From positions 4,409,904-4,473,903 of the forward strand of contig OZ254082.1 of NCBI GenBank assembly GCA_965267535.1: a stretch of DNA of 64,000 nucleotides. The letters are read 5' to 3'. Below are positions 31,228-41,819 of the stretch, in pieces (positions within the stretch are counted from its first letter, which is position 1; every line of letters starts with the position of its first letter). The DNA comes from Cyclobacteriaceae bacterium (GTDB lineage Bacteria; Bacteroidota; Bacteroidia; Cytophagales; Cyclobacteriaceae). The notes under the pieces were generated by a model. The model made no database searches and was not told the DNA's origin. It saw nothing but the letters and a program-made list of their open reading frames with translations. A program made the translations under genes and the position numbers.

Positions 31228-32468
31228 CTTTCACTCAACTGCTCCATAGCCTCCATTCGCTGAAGTAGTGTAGGATGCGAATAGTTGAAAAACACATACA
31301 ACGGATGAGGCGTCAGGTTGCCAAGGTTATCAGAAGTCAACTTTTTTAGTGCATCGATCAGTGGTTCTTTTCGATAAGTTGTAGCAGCATAAGCATCCGC
31401 TTCATATTCATTTTTTCTGCTAAAAACATTCATAAGAACCCCGGTCACTTTAGACAGTGGTGAAAACAAAATACCAAAAGCCAGTATATTTAGATGCATG
31501 GCGGTAGTCTGCCCTCCCATAGCATAAGACACTTCACTATTAAAAATCATCAGCGATAGCAAATAGAGCATAACACCGGTCTGTAGTACGCCCAGTACCA
31601 TTGACCATATTATATGTTTTTTCTTAAAATGTCCCACCTCGTGAGCCAACACTGCCACCAGTTCATCAGTAGTGTGCTTCTCTATCAGAGTGTCATACAA
31701 GACCACTTTTTTGTTTTTGCCCAATCCGGAAAAAAACGCATTGCCTTTAGACGACCGCTTCGAACCGTCAATTACAAAAATGTTGGTGAGCGGAAAACCT
31801 ACCTTCTGACTATATGCCTCAATAGCTGTTTTTAGTTCACCATCACCCAAAGGTGTCAGCTTGTTAAACAACGGCACGATCAAAGTGGTGTAAAACATAT
31901 TGACAAACACCATAAATACGGTGATGATAATCCAAAAGTAAAACCAGAAATCACTACCCAGCGAAAACACCAACCAGATAAGTGTAGTAAGGATGATTCC
32001 ACCAATAAGTACAGCCAGCAGGTAACCTTTAAGTTTGTCTGTTATAAAAGTTTTGAGAGTAGTCTTGTTAAAGCCAAATCGCTCTTCAATCACAAACGTA
32101 CTATACAGCTGAAAAGGAATTGTGAGAATATCGGAAGCAAAATAAAGGATACCAAAAAAATACAATGATGCCACTATATTCAATGGAGCCACTCCCCTGA
32201 GCCAGGTATCCAGCTCACCAAACCAGCCAAAGTACAGCATACTCATTGTCACGGCAAAGCTGAGCGCTGAGGTGAGCATCGAAAAATTATTAGACACACG
32301 ATGATACTCCTGCGACTTTTTGTACTGCTCTTCATCGTATATTCCCTGCAATTTTGGGGGTACAGGGAGCTTTCTGTTTTTATCGTTGAGGTAAGACAGC
32401 ACCTTGTCAAAAAGAAAATCGAATGTTGTGATACCCAGCAATAAATAAAGTATAGTCTGCTCCTGCAT
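31224..32468 (-). CDS. M48 family (Ste24-like) membrane zinc metalloprotease
   Basis: Multiple TMs, DGSKRSSKGNAFFSG, HEVGH, EYEAD, SHP; start MQEQ at 32468. Confidence 0.93.
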   Translation of the reverse strand: MQEQTILYLLLGITTFDFLFDKVLSYLNDKNRKLPVPPKLQGIYDEEQYKKSQEYHRVSNNFSMLTSALSFAVTMSMLYFGWFGELDTWLRGVAPLNIVASLYFFGILYFASDILTIPFQLYSTFVIEERFGFNKTTLKTFITDKLKGYLLAVLIGGIILTTLIWLVFSLGSDFWFYFWIIITVFMVFVNMFYTTLIVPLFNKLTPLGDGELKTAIEAYSQKVGFPLTNIFVIDGSKRSSKGNAFFSGLGKNKKVVLYDTLIEKHTTDELVAVLAHEVGHFKKKHIIWSMVLGVLQTGVMLYLLSLMIFNSEVSYAMGGQTTAMHLNILAFGILFSPLSKVTGVLMNVFSRKNEYEADAYAATTYRKEPLIDALKKLTSDNLGNLTPHPLYVFFNYSHPTLLQRMEAMEQLSES

Positions 32469-32672
32469 GTTTTCTTTTTTCAGGCAAAAATATAGGATCG
32501 TATTCGGTTTACCCTTCACATCCCCAAAAACCTGATATGTCGGCAGGTTATCTTCCGGCGCTTTATTGGGGCACACATTTATCCGCAATTCATCAATTTC
32601 GTATAGGTATATGCAAATGGCGATATATCACACCTGTTTTTTACTATCTAGCTTTGCATCAAACTTATAGGG

Positions 32673-33869
32673 ATGAAAACTTCTACTCTGTCCTTTGACG
32701 ATACCAAGATAGCATTTGGTGATAAGTCTGAAAGCGAATTGCGCATGATGCACTTTCTGTTTTCGACCATGAACTACCCCTTCATTGCCGATTTTGGCAT
32801 CTGGTCTACCCTCACTGCGCTCAAACTGGGACTGCCTGTAAAGGGACTCATCCGCAAAACGATCTTTGCTCAATTTTGCGGGGGCGAATCTCTGGAGGGA
32901 TGCAAAAGTACCATCGATAAATTGGGCCAATCAAACATCAAAGCCATTCTGGACTTTTCTGCCGAGGGCGAAAAAACAGAGGAAGGCTTTGAAGCTAATA
33001 TGGAAGAAACACTCCAAGCCATTCGGTTTACCGAAGGTTCTGAGAACACGCCCATAGCGGTAATGAAACTAACTGCTTTTATCGATTTTGATATTCTGGT
33101 AAAAGTGCAAAATGGCCAGCCCCTGAACTCGGAAGAAAAAGAGAAATACAGCCGGTTTGAAACACGTATAAAAACGATATGCCAGCAGGCTGTGACCAGC
33201 GATAGGTCCCTATACATAGATGCGGAAGAATCCTGGATACAAGAGGCCATAGATCAGGTAGCCATCCGCATGATGCTTACCTTCAACAAAGAAAAAACCT
33301 ACATTTTCAACACATACCAACTCTACAATGTACACGCCCTAAATAACCTAATGACAGCCCACCAGCTGGTTGCCGGCGAGGGTTGCTTTTTTGGGGCCAA
33401 ACTCGTAAGAGGTGCCTACATGGAAAAAGAACGCGAACGCGCGGAAGAGCTAGGCTATCCGGACCCCATCCAGCCCAACAAGTCCGCATGCGACCATGAC
33501 TATGATCAGGCACTGCGCTATTGCATCAACCATCTGGAAAACTTGTCCCTATGTGCAGGCACACACAATGAGCAAAGCTGTGCATTGCTTGCAGAACTGA
33601 TCGATGACAAAGACCTACAACACAACGACCCCAGGGTATATTTTGCCCAGCTCTATGGCATGAGTGACAATATATCCTACAAGCTGGCGCATGAAGGCTA
33701 CAACGTGGCTAAATACGTGCCTTATGGTCCTGTAGCCAAAGTGATGCCCTACCTCATTCGTAGAGCCGAAGAAAATACAGCCATGGCCGGGCAGTCCAGC
33801 CGCGAATACCGCATGGTAAAAAAAGAACTACAAAGGCGCAGGGAAGTTAAAGCCGGCGTTAGTGTGTAA
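32673..33869 (+). CDS. Proline dehydrogenase family protein
   Basis: QFCGGE, IDAEESW, KLVRGAYME, GTHN, QLYGMSD, YVPYGP, YLIRRAEEN. Confidence 0.93.
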   Translation: MKTSTLSFDDTKIAFGDKSESELRMMHFLFSTMNYPFIADFGIWSTLTALKLGLPVKGLIRKTIFAQFCGGESLEGCKSTIDKLGQSNIKAILDFSAEGEKTEEGFEANMEETLQAIRFTEGSENTPIAVMKLTAFIDFDILVKVQNGQPLNSEEKEKYSRFETRIKTICQQAVTSDRSLYIDAEESWIQEAIDQVAIRMMLTFNKEKTYIFNTYQLYNVHALNNLMTAHQLVAGEGCFFGAKLVRGAYMEKERERAEELGYPDPIQPNKSACDHDYDQALRYCINHLENLSLCAGTHNEQSCALLAELIDDKDLQHNDPRVYFAQLYGMSDNISYKLAHEGYNVAKYVPYGPVAKVMPYLIRRAEENTAMAGQSSREYRMVKKELQRRREVKAGVSV

Positions 33870-35124
33870 GCACCTGCATTCGGTGTGCATCGAGGTTGAG
33901 CAGAATAAACAACAAAACCGTAAACGACCAGAGAGACGAACCTCCGTAGCTAAAAAACGGCAGGGGTATACCTATAACCGGGAAAAGGCCGATCGTCATG
34001 GCTATGTTGACCATAAAATGAAACAAAAGCACTGACAATACTGCATAACCATACACACGGGCAAAACGAGACTTTTGCCGCTCGGCTATCATCGAAATCC
34101 GGATGAGTAAGGTACTAAACAGGGCAATCAAAATAACACTGCCTACCCAGCCGTGCTCTTCTCCCAGCGTACAAAAAATAAAGTCTGTACTTTGCTCGGG
34201 CACAAAATCGAACTTGGTCTGGGTACCATTCAAAAAACCTTTACCAAACAACCCTCCCGATCCTATGGCTATTTTAGATTGAGTCACATTCCACCCTACT
34301 CCCAGTGGATCAATATCGGGATTGAAAAGAGAAATCACCCGATTTCTCTGGTGTGGCTTCAATACATCGGTCATGATAAAGTCAACACTTTTCACCATAC
34401 CCACCACCAGTACCACAACTCCGATGATCAGTAAAATCTTCTTGAAATTTTTGATGGACAGTCCTATAGCTATGAGTGCCAGTGTGCCCGTAACAATAAA
34501 AATAAGGGTTTGATCTACCAGTAAAGACACGATAAACAAAGCTACCACTCCCAAACCCAGCACAAATATCATGGGAGACAATCCCTCACGATAATACACC
34601 AGCACAAACGCTCCGAACACCATAGCTGACCCCAAATCACCCTGAAGTATAATGAGAAGAATCGGCACACCTATCAGTGCCCCTGCTATCAATTGATTTT
34701 TGGTATTATCTAGTTTTACATTGACCGTACCTAAAAATTTAGCAATTGCCAGTGCCGTAGCAAACTTGGCAAATTCAGACGGCTGCAGCCTAAATCCTCC
34801 TATCTGAAACCACGACTTAGAACCTGCTACCATAGTACCCATGCCTAACACCGCTATGAGCAGCAGGATCATCAAAGCATAGAATACATAAGCAAAAGAA
34901 TCGTAAAACTTAAAGTCGAGCATCATCACTCCCAGGATGAGCAAAAACGAGGTACCAATCCATATCAGTTGCTTACCCGCGTTGGTTTTGAGCGAAAACA
35001 TAGACACGGCCAGCTCCTCATCGTACACTGCCGCATAAATATTAAACCAACCCCAAAACACCAATATCAGGTACAATAGTACTGTAAGCCAATCTATACG
35101 ATCGATGACACTGCCTCTTCCCAT
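33859..35124 (-). CDS. rodA: Rod shape-determining protein RodA
   Basis: LQPSEFAK, SKIAIGSGG, VPEQSTDFIF, PLPFFSYGGSS. Confidence 0.96.
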   Translation of the reverse strand: MGRGSVIDRIDWLTVLLYLILVFWGWFNIYAAVYDEELAVSMFSLKTNAGKQLIWIGTSFLLILGVMMLDFKFYDSFAYVFYALMILLLIAVLGMGTMVAGSKSWFQIGGFRLQPSEFAKFATALAIAKFLGTVNVKLDNTKNQLIAGALIGVPILLIILQGDLGSAMVFGAFVLVYYREGLSPMIFVLGLGVVALFIVSLLVDQTLIFIVTGTLALIAIGLSIKNFKKILLIIGVVVLVVGMVKSVDFIMTDVLKPHQRNRVISLFNPDIDPLGVGWNVTQSKIAIGSGGLFGKGFLNGTQTKFDFVPEQSTDFIFCTLGEEHGWVGSVILIALFSTLLIRISMIAERQKSRFARVYGYAVLSVLLFHFMVNIAMTIGLFPVIGIPLPFFSYGGSSLWSFTVLLFILLNLDAHRMQVLTH

Positions 35125-36932
35125 CAGAATAAAAAATCTCCTTTTAACACAAACTCTTCTAGCCAGGGGCGCGTGATCTCTCCACGCACGTGCTCTTCTA
35201 TGAGCAAACTGGCAATAGATGCAGCAGCTCTACCTCCCCAGCCAGCATTTTCCACATACACCGCTATGGCTATTTGTGGGTTTTCTTTGGGGGCAAAAGC
35301 CATAAACACAGAGTGGTCTTCTCCGTGAGGGTTTTCTACTGTACCTGTTTTTCCACATATGGCTATATCTTTGATAATTGCCCGCTGGCCTGTGCCGTAC
35401 AATGCCTGCTCCATGCCACTTATTACCGGAGGAAAATGTTCAGCTGCTATGTGTGTATCTACCCTTGTGGTATACTTTGGATCCAAATAGCCACTATCAC
35501 CCACCCCTTTGGTCACGTGGGGTATGTAGTAGTAGCCTTTGTTGGCCATAATAGCAGCCAGGTTAGCCATTTGGATGGGATTGAGAGTGATTTCACCCTG
35601 CCCTATACTCAATGAATAAATATTGGAAAATTTCCAGCGTCCTGTTCCGTACAGGTTGTTGTATAGCGCCGGTCCGGGTATTTGCCCCGCTCCCTCTCCG
35701 GGCAAGTCTACCCCCAAAGGCTGACCAAGACCAAACTGGGACACCATCTCTTTCCACCGACGCAAACCAATAGGCGCCTGTTTGAACTGACTCTTTGGGT
35801 CGCCGGGAACTCCCCGGGTGATCAACCTTCTAAACACTTTATAAAAGTAATTGTTGGAAGAATACTTGATGGCCTTCTCCATGTCATAATCACCAAAAGG
35901 TGCATGGTCGCCTATCAGCGAGTGATCACAATAAATTTGCTCATCAGCACTTACCACCCCCTCTTGCAAGGCCACCAATCCCTGAATAATCTTAAAAATA
36001 GATCCCGGCGGATACATGGCCATCAGGGGCCTGTTGAATAAAGGCTGCAAAGAGTCATTGACAATGGAGCTAAAGTTCTTACCGAAATTTCTACCAGCCA
36101 GCAGGTTTGGATCGTAACTCGGACTGGACACAAACGATAGTATTTCACCCGTAGCAGGCTCTATGGCTACCACACTTCCTATTTTGCCGTCCATGAGCTT
36201 TTCGGCATACTCCTGCAAATCTAAATCTATCGTGAGTTGTATATTTTCTCCCGGAATCGCAAGAGTATCCAAAGACCCTCCTTTAAAAGACCCTTTTTCA
36301 ATCCCGCGGACATTTACCATCTTAAATTTTACTCCTCTGCGTCCACGCAGCTGCTCTTCATAAGAAGATTCTATTCCCGTAATGCCTATATAATCCCCGG
36401 ACTTGTAATAATTGGAAGTGTCTTTATCCAACTGCCGCGGGCTGATCTCGCCGATATATCCGAATACATTAGCCAGGCCGTTGTGCGAATATTTGCGTAC
36501 AGTTCTGGCTTTAGGGTAAAACCCGCGAAAGTTCACCATCTGATCCTGTATCCTGGCAAAATCCTCATTGCGCAGCTGCTTGATAAACTGGGAAGGTTTG
36601 ATATCGGAATAGCGTGAAGCTTTTCTCATTTTTTCTTCAAACTCAGCCCGCTCCAGACCAAAAGCCTTGCAGAATGCTACTGTATCCAGAAACTGCACTT
36701 CTTGCGGCACTACCATCAGATCATAACTCGGCTCGTTGTATACCAGCAGCTTGCCATTGCGATCAAACATCAGCCCTCTATACGGATATTCTATTATTTC
36801 CTGAACAATATTACTCTCAGCTGCCAGCCTGTAGCTTTGATTCAACACCTGTATAGAAAAAAGTTTGGATGCAAAAATGACTCCTATCAGTAGTATAAGC
36901 CCTCTAATAATATACTTTCTGCTATCCAACAT
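35124..36932 (-). CDS. mrdA: Penicillin-binding protein 2
   Basis: PYRGLMFDRNG, SxxK (GSIFK), SSN, KTGT. Confidence 0.96.
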   Translation of the reverse strand: MLDSRKYIIRGLILLIGVIFASKLFSIQVLNQSYRLAAESNIVQEIIEYPYRGLMFDRNGKLLVYNEPSYDLMVVPQEVQFLDTVAFCKAFGLERAEFEEKMRKASRYSDIKPSQFIKQLRNEDFARIQDQMVNFRGFYPKARTVRKYSHNGLANVFGYIGEISPRQLDKDTSNYYKSGDYIGITGIESSYEEQLRGRRGVKFKMVNVRGIEKGSFKGGSLDTLAIPGENIQLTIDLDLQEYAEKLMDGKIGSVVAIEPATGEILSFVSSPSYDPNLLAGRNFGKNFSSIVNDSLQPLFNRPLMAMYPPGSIFKIIQGLVALQEGVVSADEQIYCDHSLIGDHAPFGDYDMEKAIKYSSNNYFYKVFRRLITRGVPGDPKSQFKQAPIGLRRWKEMVSQFGLGQPLGVDLPGEGAGQIPGPALYNNLYGTGRWKFSNIYSLSIGQGEITLNPIQMANLAAIMANKGYYYIPHVTKGVGDSGYLDPKYTTRVDTHIAAEHFPPVISGMEQALYGTGQRAIIKDIAICGKTGTVENPHGEDHSVFMAFAPKENPQIAIAVYVENAGWGGRAAASIASLLIEEHVRGEITRPWLEEFVLKGDFLF

Positions 36933-37015
36933 GATTTTTCAATTTGACAGTATTACACGATTTACTGCATAATATTAGAACTATTGCTATCCGATTAGGT
37001 TTCGGACAGGTGCTA

Positions 37016-37531
37016 TCATTTCTCTTTATTTAAAAACAAATACTGAATGATCAGTACCACTACGGTGGTAAACAGTGAGCTATAAAAAGCCTTCGTTAGT
37101 GTTGCCCAAAAATTGGCAAAACCAAATGCCTCTACAAAAAATAAAATAAGACAATGTACAAAAACCAACGGATAGGTATAGGTAGCAAACCACTTTATTC
37201 CCTGCCTGTTGATCTGTATCCGATCTGCTGCTCCATACCCACTACCGGGACTCAATAGATTGATCCAATGCGGGCGTACAAACATCACGAATGTAGAAGC
37301 AGAGGCGTGCACTCCCTGGGTGTTGTAAAATACATCTATACAAAGTCCGGCAACAAAGCCAAAGATCAATTGCAGCAGTGGTGTAGTTTCTGCCGGTACT
37401 ATCAGCAATGCCAACAGGTAAAAAAAACAAAACGCAGCACCAAACAACACCAGGTCTTTGAATACAAAAACCTGTGCCAGTAGTATAACCAACGTGACAA
37501 GTACTATTCCCAATACACCGTATTTATTCAT
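37016..37531 (-). CDS. mreD: Rod shape-determining protein MreD
   Basis: Hydrophobic 171 aa between mreC and mrdA; GLCIDVFYNTQGVHAS. Confidence 0.85.
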   Translation of the reverse strand: MNKYGVLGIVLVTLVILLAQVFVFKDLVLFGAAFCFFYLLALLIVPAETTPLLQLIFGFVAGLCIDVFYNTQGVHASASTFVMFVRPHWINLLSPGSGYGAADRIQINRQGIKWFATYTYPLVFVHCLILFFVEAFGFANFWATLTKAFYSSLFTTVVVLIIQYLFLNKEK

Positions 37532-38357
37532 AGCGTTTTACTTGTGCGTTTTCGAGTGAATCTTTTTGTTCTTTGCGAGTATAGTCTACCAGATACACAT
37601 ACGACAGCCTGTAAAAGTCTGTAGCCAGCTTTGCCCTCACACTGTAGAATGTATCGTCATCTGCTATAGCCACATCGTCGACCACACCCACCACTGTACC
37701 CGGCGGAAATGTGGCATTATAGCCGGAAGTCAGTATGGTATCTCCTCTGGAAAGAGTAAGGTGTCTTGGCAAAAACTGTATATCGACATACATAGGGTCC
37801 CGGCCGTCCCATGCTGTGGTGCACAACGAACCGCTCGGTTTGTGTAGCGAAGATACCAGCATAGCACCATGCAAAACAGAAGCTACAGAAGCAAAGTGAT
37901 CGGACACTGCTACTACTCTACCGACTGCCCCTCGGGGGCCTACTACTCCCATTCCTTTATATACTCCCTCTTTCCGGCCTTTGTCTATCGTTATATGATT
38001 GTGTTGTAAAAACACCGAATTGTTAATCACCTTGGCCGGGCTAAAAACCCACAGTGACGAGTCTACTTCTACCGAATCTTTAACTAAAACGGCTACACTA
38101 TCCGGTGAATTATACAGCTGCTGCTTGAGTAGGGCATTTTCGGCTGCCAGAATTCTATTTTTTTCTGTTAGGTCGAAAAAGCCAAAAAAGTCGTTTGAAG
38201 CTTCGCTAATGCCTGCCGTAACAGCATTGGCCGAATTGAAGTAGCGTGCTCCCTGATAGCTGTTGTTTTCTACAATCAACCAAAAACTAAGACCCTCCAG
38301 CAATGCGAATAATAAAAACGATCGGTAACGAAATAAAAACTGAAGAAGTCTCCGCAT
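37524..38357 (-). CDS. mreC: Rod shape-determining protein MreC
   Basis: Coiled coil LAAENALLK, ITIDKG..GV..GMGV, GDTILTSG...FPPG. Confidence 0.93.
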   Translation of the reverse strand: MRRLLQFLFRYRSFLLFALLEGLSFWLIVENNSYQGARYFNSANAVTAGISEASNDFFGFFDLTEKNRILAAENALLKQQLYNSPDSVAVLVKDSVEVDSSLWVFSPAKVINNSVFLQHNHITIDKGRKEGVYKGMGVVGPRGAVGRVVAVSDHFASVASVLHGAMLVSSLHKPSGSLCTTAWDGRDPMYVDIQFLPRHLTLSRGDTILTSGYNATFPPGTVVGVVDDVAIADDDTFYSVRAKLATDFYRLSYVYLVDYTRKEQKDSLENAQVKRYE

Positions 38358-38362
38358 CTATA

Positions 38363-39391
38363 TCATTGCATTAATACTGCTTTGAATTTTTGAATGTCTT
38401 TGAGCGCAGCTCCTGTACCCTTTACCACGGCCAACAGCGGATCTTCTGCCACATGAATAGGCAATTTGGTTTTGGCTGCCAGACGTTTGTCCAGTCCCCG
38501 GAGCAATGCACCTCCTCCTGTAAGGTAGATGCCATTATCATAAATATCGGCCGACAGCTCGGGTGGAGCTATTTCCAGCGCCTTGAGTACCGCTTCTTCT
38601 ATCTTCGATACAGACTTGTCTATAGCAAATGCTACTTCCGAATACGATAGGTCTATCACCTTGGGGATACCCGTCATCAGGTCTCTTCCTCGTATATCAA
38701 AATCTTCCGGTGGTTCTTCCAGTTCGGTCAGAGCAGATCCAATAGTGATTTTCACTTTTTCAGCCGTACGCTCACCTATCAGCAGGTTGTGCTGCCTTCT
38801 CATATAGTCGAGAATGTCTTTGTTGAACGCATCTCCGGCTACTCGAATAGACTGATCGCATACTATACCCGACAAAGCTATCACAGCAATTTCGGTAGTA
38901 CCCCCTCCTATGTCCACAATCATACTACCCACAGGCCTGTCTATCTCTATCCCTATACCAATAGCTGCTGCTATAGGCTCAGAAATCATAAACACTTCCT
39001 TCGCTCCGGCATGTTCTGCAGAGTCTCTTACAGCACGTTTTTCTACTTCAGTAATACCCGACGGTATACAGATTATCATACGGTGCGAAGAGGGAAAGAA
39101 ACGCTTTTTATGATCATCTATCATATTGATCATACCACGAATCATAAATTCTGCTGCCTGAAAATCAGCGATTACACCATCTTTGAGTGGGCGGATGGTT
39201 TTAATATTATCATGGGTTTTCTCATGCATCTGCATGGCTTCATTGCCAATAGCCAGTACTTTGTTTTTAGCCTTGTCTATAGCGATAATAGACGGCTCAT
39301 CTACCACTACCTGGCCTTTGTGAATAATAAGCGTATTGGCTGTGCCCAGGTCTATTGCTATATCGCTTGAGAAAAAATCGAATATGCCCAT
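38363..39391 (-). CDS. mreB: Rod shape-determining protein MreB
   Basis: IDLGTANT, RPLKDGVIAD, DIGGGTTE, TGGGALLRGL. Confidence 0.97.
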   Translation of the reverse strand: MGIFDFFSSDIAIDLGTANTLIIHKGQVVVDEPSIIAIDKAKNKVLAIGNEAMQMHEKTHDNIKTIRPLKDGVIADFQAAEFMIRGMINMIDDHKKRFFPSSHRMIICIPSGITEVEKRAVRDSAEHAGAKEVFMISEPIAAAIGIGIEIDRPVGSMIVDIGGGTTEIAVIALSGIVCDQSIRVAGDAFNKDILDYMRRQHNLLIGERTAEKVKITIGSALTELEEPPEDFDIRGRDLMTGIPKVIDLSYSEVAFAIDKSVSKIEEAVLKALEIAPPELSADIYDNGIYLTGGGALLRGLDKRLAAKTKLPIHVAEDPLLAVVKGTGAALKDIQKFKAVLMQ

Positions 39392-39523
39392 GCTGTTGAG
39401 TTCCTTTTATGTATGAATTGACGGAAAATTACAAAATAGTTTTAATAAATAAGTCATAGCCGACAGGTTTCACTCCAGTGCCTGCTGGCGGCACTCTGCG
39501 AGCCTTGCTGCCGGGGTTGGTTT

Positions 39524-41044
39524 TTAGTGTTTAAAGTGTCTGGTGCCGGTAAATACCATAGCCATACCATGCGCATCGCAGTAGTCTATAGACAGTTGAT
39601 CTTTAATCGACCCACCAGGTTGTATCACAGCCTTGATGCCTGCTTTGTCGGCCAGCTCTACACAATCCGGAAACGGGAAGAAAGCATCTGAAGCCATGGC
39701 TGCTCCTTCCAGGCTCAGCCCAAAAGATTCGGCTTTATCCAGTGCCTGCTTCAGCGAATCCACTCGGGACGTTTGCCCTGTACCACTGGCTACAAGCCGA
39801 TCTGCTTTCGCAAAAACAATGGTATTGGACTTGGTATGTTTGGCTACTTTCGATGCAAAAATCAGTGCCGCTACTTCCTCCTCAGTAGGTGCTACTTTGG
39901 TCACCGTCTTCAGGTCTGCAGCTGCATCGGTAATATTATCTATATCCTGCTCTATTACACCATTGAGCAGCGACTTAAATTGTTTTTTCTGGTTGGCTTT
40001 TTTCTTTTCTACCAACAGAATTCTGTTCTTTTTAGACTTGAGCACTTCCAGCGCATCCTCATCAAAGGCTGGCGCAATCAATATCTCGAAGAAAAGCTTG
40101 TTGAGCTCATTGGCTGCTGCCAGATCTACTGTGGCATTGGTCGCCAGTACTCCTCCAAAAGCCGATACATTGTCGGCCTCCAGGGCTTTGAGGTATGCTT
40201 CGCAGGTAGTATCTGCTATAGCTACTCCGCAGGCATTGGTATGCTTGATGATAGCAAAGGCGGTTTGACCTTCAAATTCGTTGACTAAGGACAAGGCTGC
40301 ATCTACGTCCACCAGATTGTTGTACGACAGCTCTTTTCCGTTTAACTGATCAAACAGCTCGTTAAGATCGCCAAAGAAACGCCCTTTCTGGTGCGGGTTT
40401 TCACCGTACCGTAGCACCTTGCCATTTCGCACACTTACTTTCAGCGAAGGCTCTTCTTCACTGGCATTGAAATATGAAAAAATGGCTGAGTCGTAGTGCG
40501 AGGATATATCGAATGCTTTACCGGCAAACTTTTTACGCTGCTCCAGCGAAGTAGCGCACTCCTGCTCCTGCAGCATACTTAAAGTCTCGCCATATTGCTC
40601 CCGCGACGACACTATGAGTACATCCTGAAAGTTTTTGGCTGCTCCGCGAATCAGAGAAATTCCTCCAATATCTATTTTTTCGATTATATCTGCTTCTGAG
40701 GCACCTGATGCCACTGTTTCTTCAAACGGATAGAGATCTACTACCACCATATCTATATCGGGTATGTTGTAGGTGGCTTTCTCTTTTTCATCTCCTTCAT
40801 GGCCCCTTCTGTTCAGTATACCTCCAAATACCATCGGGTGCAGCGTTTTTACCCTGCCTCCAAAAATAGAAGGGTAATCGGTCAGGCTTTCTACTGCAGT
40901 AACGGGTATACCCAGTTCTTCGATAAAGGTCTGGGTTCCTCCGGTAGAAATTAGCTGTACACCATTGGCATGTAAGGTTTTTACAATTTCATCCAGATTG
41001 TCTTTGTGATATACTGATATTAGGGCTGAGGTAATTTTTTTCAT
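39524..41044 (-). CDS. purH: Bifunctional AICAR transformylase/IMP cyclohydrolase
   Basis: GRVKTLHP, IDIGG, RYGENPHQ, KHTNACG, ASDAFFPF, QPGGS, TGTRHFKH. Confidence 0.97.
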   Translation of the reverse strand: MKKITSALISVYHKDNLDEIVKTLHANGVQLISTGGTQTFIEELGIPVTAVESLTDYPSIFGGRVKTLHPMVFGGILNRRGHEGDEKEKATYNIPDIDMVVVDLYPFEETVASGASEADIIEKIDIGGISLIRGAAKNFQDVLIVSSREQYGETLSMLQEQECATSLEQRKKFAGKAFDISSHYDSAIFSYFNASEEEPSLKVSVRNGKVLRYGENPHQKGRFFGDLNELFDQLNGKELSYNNLVDVDAALSLVNEFEGQTAFAIIKHTNACGVAIADTTCEAYLKALEADNVSAFGGVLATNATVDLAAANELNKLFFEILIAPAFDEDALEVLKSKKNRILLVEKKKANQKKQFKSLLNGVIEQDIDNITDAAADLKTVTKVAPTEEEVAALIFASKVAKHTKSNTIVFAKADRLVASGTGQTSRVDSLKQALDKAESFGLSLEGAAMASDAFFPFPDCVELADKAGIKAVIQPGGSIKDQLSIDYCDAHGMAMVFTGTRHFKH

Positions 41045-41130
41045 TCGTAAATTCTCTTTCTATCAAAGGCTCAAATAGTATCGTTTGTCTGGCGAGTGTA
41101 CCCGAAAACGATTGGTTGTAAAACAAGCTG

Positions 41131-41138
41131 CAAAACTA
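41131..41138 (-). promoter_or_regulatory. -7 box (TAGTTTTG) for purH
   Basis: Exact TAnnTTTG match about 86 nt upstream of the purH ATG. Confidence 0.6.
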
Positions 41139-41233
41139 CTTTTTTATTATCTGTATTTCACAGTATTCTAAGCGAAAGATTTTCGTAAAGGAGTGAGAAT
41201 TAAGCGAATGATTTACAAAATAGCACGATCCGG

Positions 41234-41812
41234 CTACTGGCCATTTTTTTCGATATACCGATGCACCTCGCGAGGGAAGTGAGCATACTCCAGTTCGTGG
41301 ATTTTAGCGGCTATATCGTCGGGAGTATCGTCTGGTGCTATAGCTGTATTGGCCTGAAAAAGGATTTTACCGTCATCGTAAATTTCATTGACCAGATGAA
41401 TCGTGATTCCACTTTCTTTTTCACCGTTTTTTTTCACCGCTTCATGTACATGCATACCATACATCCCTTTGCCTCCATACTTAGGCAAAAGTGCCGGATG
41501 GATGTTGATGATCTTATCCGGGTATGCTGCAATAAGTTGAGTGGGCACCAACCATAAAAAGCCAGCCAACACGATAAAATCCACCTCAGCTGCCTTCAAT
41601 TCATCGAGCAAACGATCTGAGTGGTAGCAGTCTTGCCTGTTGAACACAACTGTCGGCACCCCATGGTTTTTAGCTCGGGTAAGTGCATAGGCATTGGCAT
41701 TGTTACTCGCCAGCAGGGCTATATCAATACCTGGCTGATCTTTAAAATATTCAAAAAACCTTTCCGCGTTTGTGCCTCCTCCCGATGCAAAAATGGCAAT
41801 TTTAGTTTTCAA
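41234..41812 (-). CDS. purN: Phosphoribosylglycinamide formyltransferase
   Basis: FASGGGTN, LAGF, NIHPALLP, SGITIH..YDDG. Confidence 0.96.
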   Translation of the reverse strand: MKTKIAIFASGGGTNAERFFEYFKDQPGIDIALLASNNANAYALTRAKNHGVPTVVFNRQDCYHSDRLLDELKAAEVDFIVLAGFLWLVPTQLIAAYPDKIINIHPALLPKYGGKGMYGMHVHEAVKKNGEKESGITIHLVNEIYDDGKILFQANTAIAPDDTPDDIAAKIHELEYAHFPREVHRYIEKNGQ

Positions 41813-41819
41813 TGTGCTT

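Noticed and set aside
41070-41112. ZMP/ZTP (pfl) riboswitch before purH
   Set aside because: The only resemblance (GTCTGGCGAG) is on the non-coding strand, and the other conserved elements are missing.
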